Assembly: GCA_030141605.1 (NCBI GenBank)
Contig: JAQGDQ010000886.1
Span: 1 to 64,000 of the forward strand
Source: Tubiluchus corallicola
Lineage: Eukaryota > Animalia > Priapulida
DNA: 64,000 bases
Reading direction: 5' to 3'
Under the pieces are notes generated by a model. That model did no database searches. It had not been told where the DNA came from and was given only the letters and a program-made list of their open reading frames with translations. This document shows positions 1 through 11,876 of the stretch, in pieces; the stretch's first letter is position 1; every line of letters starts with the position of its first letter. Made by a program: the position numbers and the translations under genes.

Positions 1-35
1 TTTCTAGATAATTTAGAATATTAGGACAATCTTAT

Positions 36-714
36 AGATTTAGATATTTATATTTTACACGCGTTTATATGCGTATGAAGATTTTACACAAAATGATTTG
101 AGAATAATAACGGAAATAAATAAACAAATAAATTGTTGTGGAACTTATACACAAATATGCCTGCCTGAATGTTGTTAATATCACAAATATTTAAAAATCC
201 CACTTGTTTAAAAAATGGACAGCTTACTCTCTAAAAAGGACAAACACATTGACTTTAACAGTTTAGCTACATGTTTCTGCAATTTGTGCATTACTTCGCC
301 AATAGAAAGCAACAACAAATCTACGTTGGATGTTTTGCTAGTTGACGTAAGAAACATAATATCGCATCGTACTTTTACACTGTTGTATATTATGTGAACT
401 TGTTGTAATAAACACACCTGCTGGTTGCTCACCTATTCATATTAAACTACGAAATGTGATAATGCAACAATGCAGCCAGCTACCGTTTCATTTCGGTTTT
501 ATTTTCTTGCATAAATAAAAGCACGTGCCCATTGTTTCACAGTGCAGTATTACACGACAATGCATGTCAAACAATCATGCAGTGTAACAAAAAAGAAACT
601 CTGTTGATAAATACAGGATAGTAGTCCTATAGCTGCTGTTACTGACCACAATTATAGCATTTTCGTATTTAATAAACACAATTATTATAAACCTACACGT
701 TTGATTTCCTAATT
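36..714 (+). repeat. Segment A, copy 1 (GPCR intron sequence; direct repeat of 1734-2412)
   Basis: Near-identical to 1734-2412 (about 5 substitutions/small indels). Also homologous in reverse complement to the intron of the minus-strand GPCR (~13050-13660). Confidence 0.95.
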
Positions 715-716
715 TC

Positions 717-1736
717 CTTACCTTGTTTACCTAAACTTGGAAAATTACTTGCAGATAAAGCACCGTTCACACTAACTGTAGAAAAATACCATTCACACTA
801 GCAGGTTGAAGCCTCCCCTCACTACTTGGCATTGTACTACGTTTACATCATCGTAGGCAGAGTACGCATACTATTATGTGTACAGAAATCCAAGCCACTT
901 TTCTCCAATAATTTACTGATCGTCAACACCTGATTTTTCAAATCTCTTAGTTCATAACTGAAAACGTTGATGTCCAGCTGCTGAGGAGCCATAACTGACA
1001 ATCTGCTGATGTTTACAGTTGCAAACGTTACCAATTTGTTAAATGCATTCTTGTCAATAAATTCATATAATCTAAAACATTCTCGATTAATTTGTATTAG
1101 AAAATGTGTGGTTTTAGTAGCTTCATTGATTCTTTGTGACAGGCGTGCTTGCTTTCGCTCTAATCTAGTTTTCTAAACAGTTAGTCTAAATACATTACTT
1201 TCTCCAGTGCTCTTGCCAGTTAATTCTGTTGTGATTTTATTTTGGAATCAATAATTATTCGCTAAAAGAATAATAATAATAATTAAAACGATTAATAATC
1301 GAAATAAAAAAGAGATGATTCATTTTATTTGGAAGAGAACTCACTCAGCTTCTCCAACACATTTAATAGGCTTATGAGGACGTCTCTGACAACTCCAGTT
1401 TTTATAAATATGTATTATATCTATATATATTATTCATATTATATATATATATGTGTGTGTATTTGTAACATATTATAAATATGCTATTGTAAATATGTGA
1501 ATTAATAATCAATGAAAATGTGAGCTATAATATTAACTCTGTATCTGATTAAGAGAAGTTTGGCTTATTTAGCTTAGATGATTATTGACTTGTACTTCCG
1601 AGACAGGTGTGATTCTGTGAATAGGCTGAAGCTAATTCAAAGCTTTCTAGCGACGTCCGCGAGCAGTTGATAGTCTGGTACCTGGTCAGTTGAGTGACCA
1701 GCAAGCGTTGAACTGAACAGTTTTTCTTATGAGTAG
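717..1736 (+). repeat. Segment B, copy 1 (direct repeat of 5083-6102)
   Basis: Begins cttaccttgtttacctaaac and ends ttcttatgagtag, as does 5083-6102; only a few differences. Confidence 0.95.
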
Positions 1737-2412
1737 ATTTAGATATTTATATTTTACACGCGTTTATATGCGTATGAAGATTTTACACAAAATGATTTGA
1801 GAATAATAACGGAAATAAATAAACAAATAAATTGTTGTGGAACTTATACACAAATATGCCTGCCTGGATGTTGTTAATATCACAAATATTTAAAAATCCC
1901 ACTTGTTTAAAAAAATGGACAGCTTACTCTCTAAAAAGGACAAACACATTGACTTTAACAGTTTAGCTACATGTTTCTGCAATTTGTGCATTACTTCTCC
2001 AATAGAAAGCAACAACAAATCTACGTTGGATGTTTTGCTAGTTGACGTAAGAAACATAATATCGCATCGTACTTTTACACTGTTGTATATTATGTGAACT
2101 TGTTGTAATAAACACACCTGCTGGTTGCTCACCTATTCATATTAAACTACGAAATGTGATAATGCAACAATGCAGCCAGCTACCGTTTCATTTCGGTTTT
2201 ATTTTCTTGCATAAATAAAAGCACGTGCCCATTGTTTCACGGTGCAGTATTACACGACAATGCATGTCAAACAATCATGCAGTGTAACAAAAAAGAAACT
2301 GTTGATAAATACAGGATAGTAGTCCTATAGCTGCTGTTACTGACCACAATTATAGCATTTTCGTATTTAATAAACACAATTATTATAAACCTACACGTTT
2401 GATTTCCTAATT
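1734..2412 (+). repeat. Segment A, copy 2
   Basis: Direct repeat of 36-714; continues into the GPCR splice acceptor region. Confidence 0.95.
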
Positions 2413-2522
2413 AACTCATCTATTTCAGACGCTAAAACAGTACATTTTGCTGTCAGTAATTGCTGTGTTAGTTATTCAATTGCATAACACAGAAAATATG
2501 CCTATTCATGTTCTTTTTTCAG

Positions 2523-3699
2523 ATTGTGGTGTGTTCTCTGGACGATGCACTATCGCAAGTATCACAGTGTTACAAAATGTATCATATCCATAATCCTTAT
2601 CTGGGTTCTGTCTTTGGTAATCTGGGTTCCGCCATTTATTGCCGACAGAAGGAAGTGGTCGCAGCCAAATATTTGCATTTGGGAGCCGAGTAAAAACCAA
2701 GAATTTATTTTGTTTGTGGGAATTGTCGGTCATTATATCCCACTTATCATTATAGTTGGCGCTTATGTGAGGATACTCATGTTTATGAGATCACGAGCAA
2801 AGATCCAGCAGTCTGGTCATGTCCATATGCCCGGTAAGAGCTCCATAGCAAACTATGATCGATTTGGAAATAGAATCAAACTTCAAACAACAGCATCAAC
2901 CTCTATGTCAAGAAAACAAGTTGAAGGTTCGGAAAAACTAGAAACTATCAGAAGTGAGTCACCTCCTAGTTCAAACTCGTCAACTATCGAAGATAAAAAA
3001 GACCTTAACAGGGTCATATCTTTGAACGACAAAACAATAGAAATGGAAGAGCATGACAACGAAGCCGCTAAAGGAAGAAAAGAAGACATCGAAAAGAAAG
3101 AAAATAAGGGGTTAAAGGAGTCGAAAGCTCACAAAAGCGACGAAAAAACTACCACAGAAGACGTTTCCTCAGAAAAAACACAATCAGAACAAGCAGAAAA
3201 ACCCTGCGATGGTACAAAATCAAAGTCGGACAGGAGTGGTGGCCAAGTGCAAAAGAAGACAGAAACTGACGTAACTGTTGCCAAAGTCTCTTCAAGCAAG
3301 AATCTTCGAAAGAACAATAATAGAGCAAGAGAGGTCAACTTTTTGACGAATGAAAGCCTATTTCCACCAGGTCAATCTACGAGCGAGAGCACTACGATAT
3401 CTCACTCCACACAGGTCCGTTTCGTTCTGGGCAGCTCGAATAAACACAACATCAAGAAAGTAAGGAGGTCTTTGTCCACGTTGGCTTACATTGCCACCTC
3501 ATTTTTGATTTGTTGGGCGCCCTTCTATATAGTGTTTGACATCAGCGCCTGGAAGCCAGATCTCGTGCCACCTCGTCTGTATACTTTCTTTTTCTGGTCG
3601 TCTTACTTGAATTCCGCACTTAACCCGTTTCTGTACAATTTGTCAAATAATGAGTTTCGCCAGGCTTTCAAGAAAGTGTTTCGCTTTGGACGACAATAA
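2523..3699 (+). CDS. Aminergic-type (muscarinic/histamine-like) class A GPCR, paralog 1, terminal exon (end of TM3 to C-terminus); exon 1 is outside the window
   Basis: Acceptor ttcttttttcAG at 2521-2522, phase 2 (completes the Arg of DRL). TM4 WVLSLVIWVPP, TM5 GHYIP, long charged ICL3, TM6 CWAPFY, TM7 WSSYLNSALNPFLY, helix 8 FRQAFKKVF; stop at 3697-3699. Confidence 0.93.
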
Positions 3700-4402
3700 A
3701 CATTATGTAATTTTGCAATTCAGACTGGTGGCTGTAGAAGCCACATGTAAAGTTGTTTTAAACGTTAAATCGGTTGTGTCTACACTTTGACTGTTAGAAT
3801 GAGCAAATCAATTACTTCTATGTCTTAAGTGAAAACAAGACTGGTACTGTATATAAAAACAAGAGATTTATACATGTTAATATGTTCCTGTTTCAGAGTT
3901 CCATTTTGATCGTTCTTCATTATTACAGTGATTGTTGTATGTTGCTTCAAACCGAATGTTTATTTGTCATTCCCTTATGTCTGACACTTTGACGAATATT
4001 ATAAATTCTACTGAGTGTACCAAAATGTTAATGCAAAGCGAAATTTTAAATACAATCAACACTTGTGTGGAGACTAATTGATGCCTATATCATAATTAGC
4101 ACTAATCTACGTCTAATATTAAGCTTTAAGCCTTAAAATTAAAACGTAACGAAGTTTTCGATATGGTGCCGAAATTAGTGCACCTGCATTTGGTCTTATG
4201 TAATTTTTTTATTATGCTTTGATTTTTTTGGCTCTTTGTCTCTCCAGAGGGGCACCTGTGATGTAATAGTGATGCAGAATGTTGCACCCTAAAGGTCTAT
4301 TTTCGGGTCGGTTGATGAGTGGAGATAAGTGGTAAGCTCTGGAAAATACGGTATGGGTTAAATTACTATAGTGAATTGATTACCTACTATGCATTATATT
4401 TA

Positions 4403-4565
<163 letters not shown>

Positions 4566-4599
4566 TGTAATTTATTCGCATCTGAAATCGATACAGCAC

Positions 4600-5586
4600 A
4601 TGTACAATGATGTTAGTAGACAACAAGTGTACAAGCTCATAAAATGATTTCTTGACAGTGCGTTTTACATTGTAATTAAAGTGCAAAGTGCAACCACATT
4701 TCAATCTTAAGTTAAATATCTATCATTAATAAAATACAACAATTTCGGTATAAGTATCTTACTTGAATTTTGTATTTTTTTAAGCCTTCGACTGTCGATT
4801 TCATAATATAACATTCATCCAAGTGAATACCAGTTTCAGCTAAATAGCTTTCCAGGTCTTCTTTGCTTGTGTCAGGCTGAAGCCTACTTACGAAGAAATC
4901 AACAGATCTTTTTTCAGCTGCTTTTCTAAAACTTTTAGTCCACCAATAGTTTTCTTTGATCCAGTGATCTTTGAGATTTTCCGTTTTTTCACATTTTCCA
5001 CTAATGTCCATTTTTCAGTGTTAGTTTCACTGGCATAACTTTAACCGTGACCTTGCATCGCTTTAGTAACAGTAGGTGCTGACTTACCTTGTTTACCTAA
5101 ACTTGGAAAATTACTTGCAGATAAAGCACCGTTCACACTAACTGTAGAAAAATACCATTCACACTAGCAGGTTGAAGCCTCCCCTCACTACTTGGCATTG
5201 TACTACGTTTACATCATCGTAGGCAGAGTACGCATACTATTATGTGTACAGAAATCCAAGCCACTTTTCTCCAATAATTTACTGATCGTCAACACCTGAT
5301 TTTTCAAATCTCTTAGTTCATAACTGAAAACGTTGATGTCCAGCTGCTGAGGAGCCATAACTGACAATCTGCTGATGTTTACAGTTGCAAACGTAACCAA
5401 TTTGTTAAATGCATTCTTGTCAATAAATTCATATAATCTAAAACATTCTCGATTAATTTGTATTAGAAAATGTGTGGTTTTAGTAGCTTCATTGATTCTT
5501 TGTGTCAGGCGTGCTTGCTTTCGCTCTAATCTAGTTTTCTAAACAGTTAGTCTAAATACATTACTTTCTCCAGTGCTCTTGCCAGT
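4600..5586 (-). mobile_element. Degenerate non-LTR retrotransposon ORF1 relic (CR1/L2-like), 3' part
   Basis: Peptides LVTFATVNISRLSVMAPQQLDINVFSYELRDLKNQV and DFFVSRLQPDTSKEDLESYL...YKIQV resemble CR1/L2-type ORF1 segments; stops and frameshifts present. Confidence 0.6.
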
Positions 5587-6102
5587 TAATTCTGTTGTGA
5601 TTTTATTTTGGAATCAATAATTATTCGCTAAAAGAATAATAATAATAATTAAAACGATTAATAATCGAAATAAAAAAGAGATGATTCATTTTATTTGGAA
5701 GAGAACTCACTCAGCTTCTCCAACACATTTAATAGGCTTATGAGGACGTCTCTGACAACTCCAGTTTTTATAAATATGTATTATATCTATATATATTATT
5801 CATATTATATATATATATGTGTGTGTATTTGTAACATATTATAAATATGCTATTGTAAATATGTGAATTAATAATCAATGAAAATGTGAGCTATAATATG
5901 AACTCTGTATCTGATTAAGAGAAGTTTGGCTTATTTAGCTTAGATGATTATTGACTTGTACTTCCGAGACAGGTGTGATTCTGTGAATAGGCTGAAGCTA
6001 ATTCAAAGCTTTCTAGCGACGTCCGCGAGCAGTTGATAGTCTGGTACCTGGTCAGTTGAGTGACCAGCAAGCGTTGAACTGAACAGTTTTTCTTATGAGT
6101 AG
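5083..6102 (+). repeat. Segment B, copy 2
   Basis: Direct repeat of 717-1736. Confidence 0.95.
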
Positions 6103-7075
6103 CCAGCTGACGAGGAACGGTTAACGAGGGCCAGTAGTCGAGCCACTGGTGATAGGATAGTGACACCCTAGGACGCTGTCCTAGTGACAGTTGAAGGTAG
6201 CGAAGCACTCGAAGAAGTTGAGGTGCTCAGATGGCTAAGGAACCGAATCGCTCGGAAGTCGAGATGCTAAGATAGCCAGCCATCAGCTGTATCATGTCAC
6301 AGGACCTAGCGTTTTCATTCGACAGACAGACGGGGCTTTTTGGTCGATGTCAAGCAGATGACGAGGTGTGGACTCACTGTCGCACGTTCTAAAGGTAGGA
6401 GCTAAACTTTCTATTGCTATCAGCGTAGATGACGTCTGCGTAGTTGGATCAAGCCAATCACTGAGGCACAGATAACAGCTCATATTAGGAACCAGACTTG
6501 GCCAATTACTGGATCTTATAGATTGGCCAGTTCCAGAGTTAAGTAATTTTTACTTATAGTATTTCCTTTGTAATGCACGGAAGATTGTATCTGATTATTT
6601 GTAGTTGTGTACTTCGTTAAATGCAGCTTAAAGTAGCAGTTGTTAAGAAATTGATTTGTAATCTGGATGAAGCCAGTTGTACGGCGTATCTTCATTAATC
6701 CACTGTTATATTATATTTCGAACCGAGCTGGATTTTAACTGTTTACTGATGTTTTGAAATTCCGAATTCTGTTTGAATAATAAATTATATTTACAACTGT
6801 TAATGAAAGCGTTAGCGTTAACTATAATCGAGAGTCCTCTTAAAGACTATAGCAATTCCGTAAATGCTCTATCTGTTTTACGAACCGGGCACGAAACATC
6901 CTCACACTGAAAAGGTTTATTGTGGAGCCTATCTAGAAAGCTAGAGAGATAAAGATCTACTTCACAGCGCGTATTTCGTGGTTCAAGTTCGATCTGGGAT
7001 TCGTCATTACCGGATCGACGAAGCCTAAGCTCTCGTAGTCGGGGATTAATTAATTGATTAATTGCCTAATTAGCA
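5587..7075. mobile_element. ~1.5-kb non-coding LTR-like insertion interrupting the LINE ORF1 relic
   Basis: GC-richer core with an internal ~37-bp imperfect direct repeat (6214-6280) and AATAAA near 6779. Flanked by GCCAGT at 5581-5586 and 7076-7081; ORF1-like peptides resume on both sides. Confidence 0.4.
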
Positions 7076-7350
7076 GCCAGTACTACCATTGCATAGCAAT
7101 TCTGAACTGGTTCTTTCATCTAATAATTTTTCTATTTTCTCCTTCTTTCCCTGCAAATTGTTTATTACCTCCCTGTTGTGAAATTTAATAATGCAAACAG
7201 GAATTTTAAACAGGTTTCTAGTGTTAGTGAATAGATGTGCTTGCTTGTACGTGCAGTGTGACATTGACGGGTATGTGTCCTTGAATCTGTTTACAACTGC
7301 AAAAGAAATGCTTATTTGCGCTGGTATATTGCAATAGTATAAAGCTGCAG
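7076..7350 (-). mobile_element. LINE ORF1 relic, 5' part
   Basis: Peptide CIIKFHNREVINNLQGKKEKIEKLL resembles the N-terminus of the same ORF1 type; collinear with 4600-5586. Confidence 0.4.
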
Positions 7351-7579
7351 TATTATAAATTCATAGCTTTTGCAAATCGTTAAAGCAGGCAGAACTCGCA
7401 ATTTTACCCCACCTTTTTCGATATATTATATTGATTTTGGTTGCTGTAATTGTTTTAATTGCTTTGTTTGCTTGTTGTGTCAAAAAGCTTTTTTGCAAAA
7501 CAAGAAACCAAGAGAAAAATGCAGTTTCAGCACTGAGCTGATAAAGATATTTTATCCCTTTACAATTTCGTCAACAGAT

Positions 7580-8200
7580 GTTTGACGCCAGAAAATTTGC
7601 CAGTCGTTGAGTCACAAATTCTGTCAGATGATCAATTTCAAGACACTGCTAGTTTTCAGGAGTCAGACAATGGGCTCAAGTTTACTGAAATCATAGAGGA
7701 TAAGCGAACTAGACCCAATAACCTACAAAGTGGTGAACTTGGCATGACTAAATATATAAAAAACAAAGGCACTACGTTTAGGCATCTAAAACCGGTGCCA
7801 AACCGGTGAAACCAGAGCAGTCATATGTTATTGGCGCCCATGAGGTGACAGGCTTTCTTTCCCCCGAAGAAAGCTATTACTGCTTGTCTTCCTTCTTTGA
7901 TGCTAATGCGGGATAAATGCTGTGAGTCTATTAGAAAAGATAAAGAAGAAGCCGTTTCTTTGTCTTTCATCTCGCAAAAAGGTTACTGAAAAAGAGCCGC
8001 TTTCTATTTTTGCAACGCATTAAAGATGCATCTGATGCGCTTCCCTGTAAATTACGCAAGGCTTACCCGAAGCCAAACGTGCAACTTATTCATCTTATCC
8101 AAATGCTACCGGAGGCTTCACTGTATAGTGTATACTGAAGAAGACATAGATTTGTCTAGTCGGGTCACAGCTCTTATTGCCCAATAGGACGTTAAGACTG
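7580..8200 (+). mobile_element. Possible degenerate hAT-like transposase fragment (TTF-type zinc-finger region)
   Basis: Broken frames give S..ESYYCLSSFF and SFISQKGY.KRA..F....H, reminiscent of the TTF motif; highly decayed. Confidence 0.25.
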
Positions 8201-8647
8201 ATGTAGACGTACAATGAACAGATCATCACGTTTCATCATATCCTTAAGCACCCACCCCTTTAACTAATCAGTCATGCCATTTCATTTATCACACATATAT
8301 GAAAATTTCTGCGTCTTAAACTGAAATCATTTGGGAGGGATGCTTTGCAGTAAGACATTTGGTAATTTTTTCATAGTCAGCTTCTTTAATAGACTTTTTG
8401 TGTCAGTAGACATGTACATGCATGCTCTTGTGTCGTGCAGTTTCTGATTTTTTTGACTTGCTAATAATTTAGATGCCTGCAAGTAAACAATGAATTAAAG
8501 TCATTACCGAGGTTGTTATCAGACAGCACCAATAATTGCCTTTGTCATCTTATTAAGGTCTCTTATTATTGTGTTATCTTCATCTAAGGATTTATTGCAA
8601 GTTTTAGTGTTTAGAGATTTGATTGACTAGACATAGTCTAAGCGAAA

Positions 8648-9300
8648 ATGGCTGACAAGAGAAATACAGGAAACTCTAGCTTTAGAGACAGTGATAATAG
8701 TCAGGCGATTCGTTGATGACAAAACTTCAAGAATCGCCTGAAAAAGTGGCTACAAAAGAAGACTTGGGTCTGATTTTCAAGGTGTCACTACATTGGAATG
8801 TCAAGTAAAAGCTTTGGAGAAGATAACTGTTTAACTTCACGAAAAACATCAGAAAACTCGCAGACTGAACCAGAGGTAATATCTAGGTTACTAAAGCTTG
8901 AACGTTATTCTCATTAGGACAATCTTTAAGCTGTATGGCTTAAAGGAGAAGCGGAACGGAGATACGTTGACAGAGAAATGTGAAGTTTTTCGCGATAAAC
9001 TGGGATATTTGCTTCAATTGAAACAATCTAGACGAAAACCTAAATCTGTCACCGTTAGTCGTCAAATCAATATATTTTAGTCGTCAAATCATGCGTGAAA
9101 TGATAATGAAATCTAAGCAGTCATTCAGCAAAGATAGTGGTATGTACCTGTGTGATGATTTAATAAAACAAGACTATGAGCGTAAGAAGCTGCTGCGACT
9201 TGTGAAGAATGATGCCTACAAGGATGTTAAAAAGAGCGCTTTCTAAATGGTAGGCTGTACATATATAGCTGTACATTAATCTACATGTGGATACCGACGG
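8648..9300 (+). mobile_element. Degenerate LINE ORF1 relic (transposase_22/L1-ORF1-like)
   Basis: Broken frames: coiled-coil region, LERYS.RTIFKLYGLKE...F.DKLG, and SRQIMREMIMKSK...YLCDD. Confidence 0.55.
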
Positions 9301-9352
9301 CAGCGACAACGAGCAATGATTATGGCGTAACGTGAGTGCTATTACAAAAATT

Positions 9353-9353
<1 letters not shown>

Positions 9354-9408
<55 letters not shown>
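9354..9408. repeat. (GT)n microsatellite
   Basis: About 27 GT units. Confidence 0.97.
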
Positions 9409-9409
<1 letters not shown>

Positions 9410-10364
9410 TGTATGCATGTGTGGGTGTTTGTGCGTGGGGCACTATACACCAGGTCACGTGTTCACTTTTGTATAATTTACTCTTAGGTCTACATTATAT
9501 GCCAGTTCACGTCATAAGTGAAGCCAAAAGTAGGCCTACAACTTTAAATTAATCCTCGGGGCCTAGTATTTCTAGAAACGGTCACAGTTCTAACTGTCAG
9601 CATTCCATCATATCCGTAATGAGAGTACTTTCCACATAGTTTTCCACAAGAGTATAGAAATATTTCATCCTTGGATATTGGAGGTTATCAAACGTAATGA
9701 TTTTTTGAGTCACAGTTATTGTACTTTACTCGTTGATTACTGACCACACTGTTCTTGATTACTATCGAAATTAGTGATTAATTTGCATTCGCAAGCCATT
9801 AAATTACGATGTTACAAACATAGAACGACAGTTTAATTATTTCCGCTTACAGTATATTTTTGTAGCATTTCACTCGGTCTATTTGTTCCTAAAAGAAGAT
9901 GCGATAAGATAAATAACTATTTTATATTGGTTAAAAACTATGTAACTACAAACTGCAGGAGCTCACGTTATCAAGACGATGACGACTTGATAAAGGCATT
10001 GAATTCTTGAAATTAAAACACTAATAAGATACTCTAACCATATTATTTATTACAATAAATGTTGCCAATTAAATAATTGTCAGCAACACCTTAGTTGTAT
10101 GCATTCACACGATCCAATTTTTTATTATTCAGTAGTAAGTTAAGTCAGCACAAGCTACAATACTACGTAAATTACAGACATAAATTAGTCTCCATGCATT
10201 TTCTCATTGAACCTTAAATTTATCTTTGCATTAACTATTACATTGCACTTAATAGAATTTATAGTAAACGTAAAAGTGCCATAAATAACGGAATGATAAA
10301 TGCACATTTGATTTGAAGCAACAACAATAACAGTAGTACTATAGTACAGACCTCTATGTATTCC

Positions 10365-10474
10365 AGCTCGATTTCTGTGCCGAAATTAATTTTTGTGACC
10401 TACCATTCTTAAATTAAGCATCCCAAATTGACTTAACTAGCCACGAAAATCAATTTCGACACCAAAATCGAGCT
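10365..10474. mobile_element. Small foldback/MITE-like element in the 3' region of GPCR paralog 2
   Basis: 33-bp imperfect inverted repeats (10365-10397 / 10442-10474); absent from the homologous 3' region of paralog 1. Confidence 0.6.
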
Positions 10475-10675
10475 AAAGTGAAGAACGAACATTTAAACAC
10501 ACATGTATAAAGCTCGTGTTTTATATACTATAGTCTTGTTTTCATTTAAAACACAGACTAGTTGATTTGTTCGATTTGAACGGCAAAGTGTATGCCATAC
10601 ACCGATTTAAAGTTTAAAATAACTTTATACGTGGATCCTGCAGTTATCAGTCAGAATCGCAGAAGTACATCCTGT

Positions 10676-11876
10676 TTAATGGCGTCCAAAACGAAACAAT
10701 TCCTTGAAAGCCTGGCGAAACTCCTTGTTGGACAAATTGTACAGAAACGGGTTAAGCGCGGAATTCAGGTAGGTCATCCAGAAGAAGAAAGTATACAGAC
10801 GAGGCGGCACGAGATCTGGTTTCCAGGCACTGATGTCAAACACTATATAAAAGGGTCCCCAACAAATCAAAAAGGAGGTGGCAATGTAAGCCAACATTGA
10901 CACCGACCTCCTTTCTTTCTTGATGTTGGGTTTATTCGAGACGCCACGTACGAAGCGGATCTGTGTGGAGTTAGATGTCGCCGTCTTGCTGCTAGAATGA
11001 CCTGGTGGAAATAGGCTTTTTTTTGTCAAAAAGTTAACCTCTCTTGATTTATTACTGCTCTTTTGAGAATTCTTGCTTGAAGAGCCTTTCGCAACAGTTA
11101 CGGCTGTTTCTGTCTTCTGTTGCACATGGCCACCACACATGTCCGATTTTGATTTTGTATCATCGCAGGGTTTTTCTACTGGTGCTGAATGTGTTTTCTC
11201 TGAAGAAACTTTTTCTTCTTTAGAAGTTTTTTCGTCACTTTCATGCACTTTTGACTCCTTTAACTCGCTTTTTTCTTTCTTTTCGCGGTCTTCTTTTCTT
11301 CCTCTAGAGGTTTCATCGTCATCCTCTTCCTCTTCCATTGTTTCTTCTTTCAATGATATGACATGGCTCAGGTCTTTATCGGATTTTTCTCCGTCACAAT
11401 TTTTATGTTCGATAGGTGATGAGTGTGAACTAGAAGGTGACTGACTTCTGATAGTTTCTAGTTTTTCCGGGTCTTCAACTTGTTTTCTCGACGTAGAGGT
11501 TGGCGATGTTGTTTGAAGTTTGACTCTATTTCCAAATCGATCATAATTTGCTATGGAGCTCTTACCGGGCATATGGACATGACCTGACTGCTGGATCTTT
11601 GCTCGTGATCTTATAAACATGAGTATCCTCACATAAGCGCCGACTATAATAATAAGTGGGACGTAATGACCGAAGATACCCACAAACAAAATAAATTCTT
11701 GGTTTTTACTTGGCTCCCAAATGCAAACATTTGGCTGCGACCATTTTCTTCTGTCGGCAATAAATGGCGGAACCCAGATTACCAAAGACAGAACCCAGAT
11801 AAGGATAATGGATATGATACATTTTGCAACACTATGATACTTCCGGTATTGCACCGCCCATAGTACGCACCACAGT
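10676..11876 (-). CDS. Aminergic-type GPCR paralog 2, exon 2
   Basis: Acceptor ctgtttttttcAG (11878-11877), phase 2; reads R-LWCVLWAVQY... with CWGPFY and WMTYLNSALNPFLY; highly similar to 2523-3699. Confidence 0.95.

Noticed and set aside
208-2132. Duplicated short ORFs (74/60/80/64/63 aa)
   Set aside because: They arise from the duplicated intron and TE segments; their identity reflects DNA duplication, not coding conservation.
10592-11863. Plus-strand ORFs (102, 123, 65 aa) overlapping GPCR 2
   Set aside because: Antisense shadows of the GPCR exon with no recognisable motifs.
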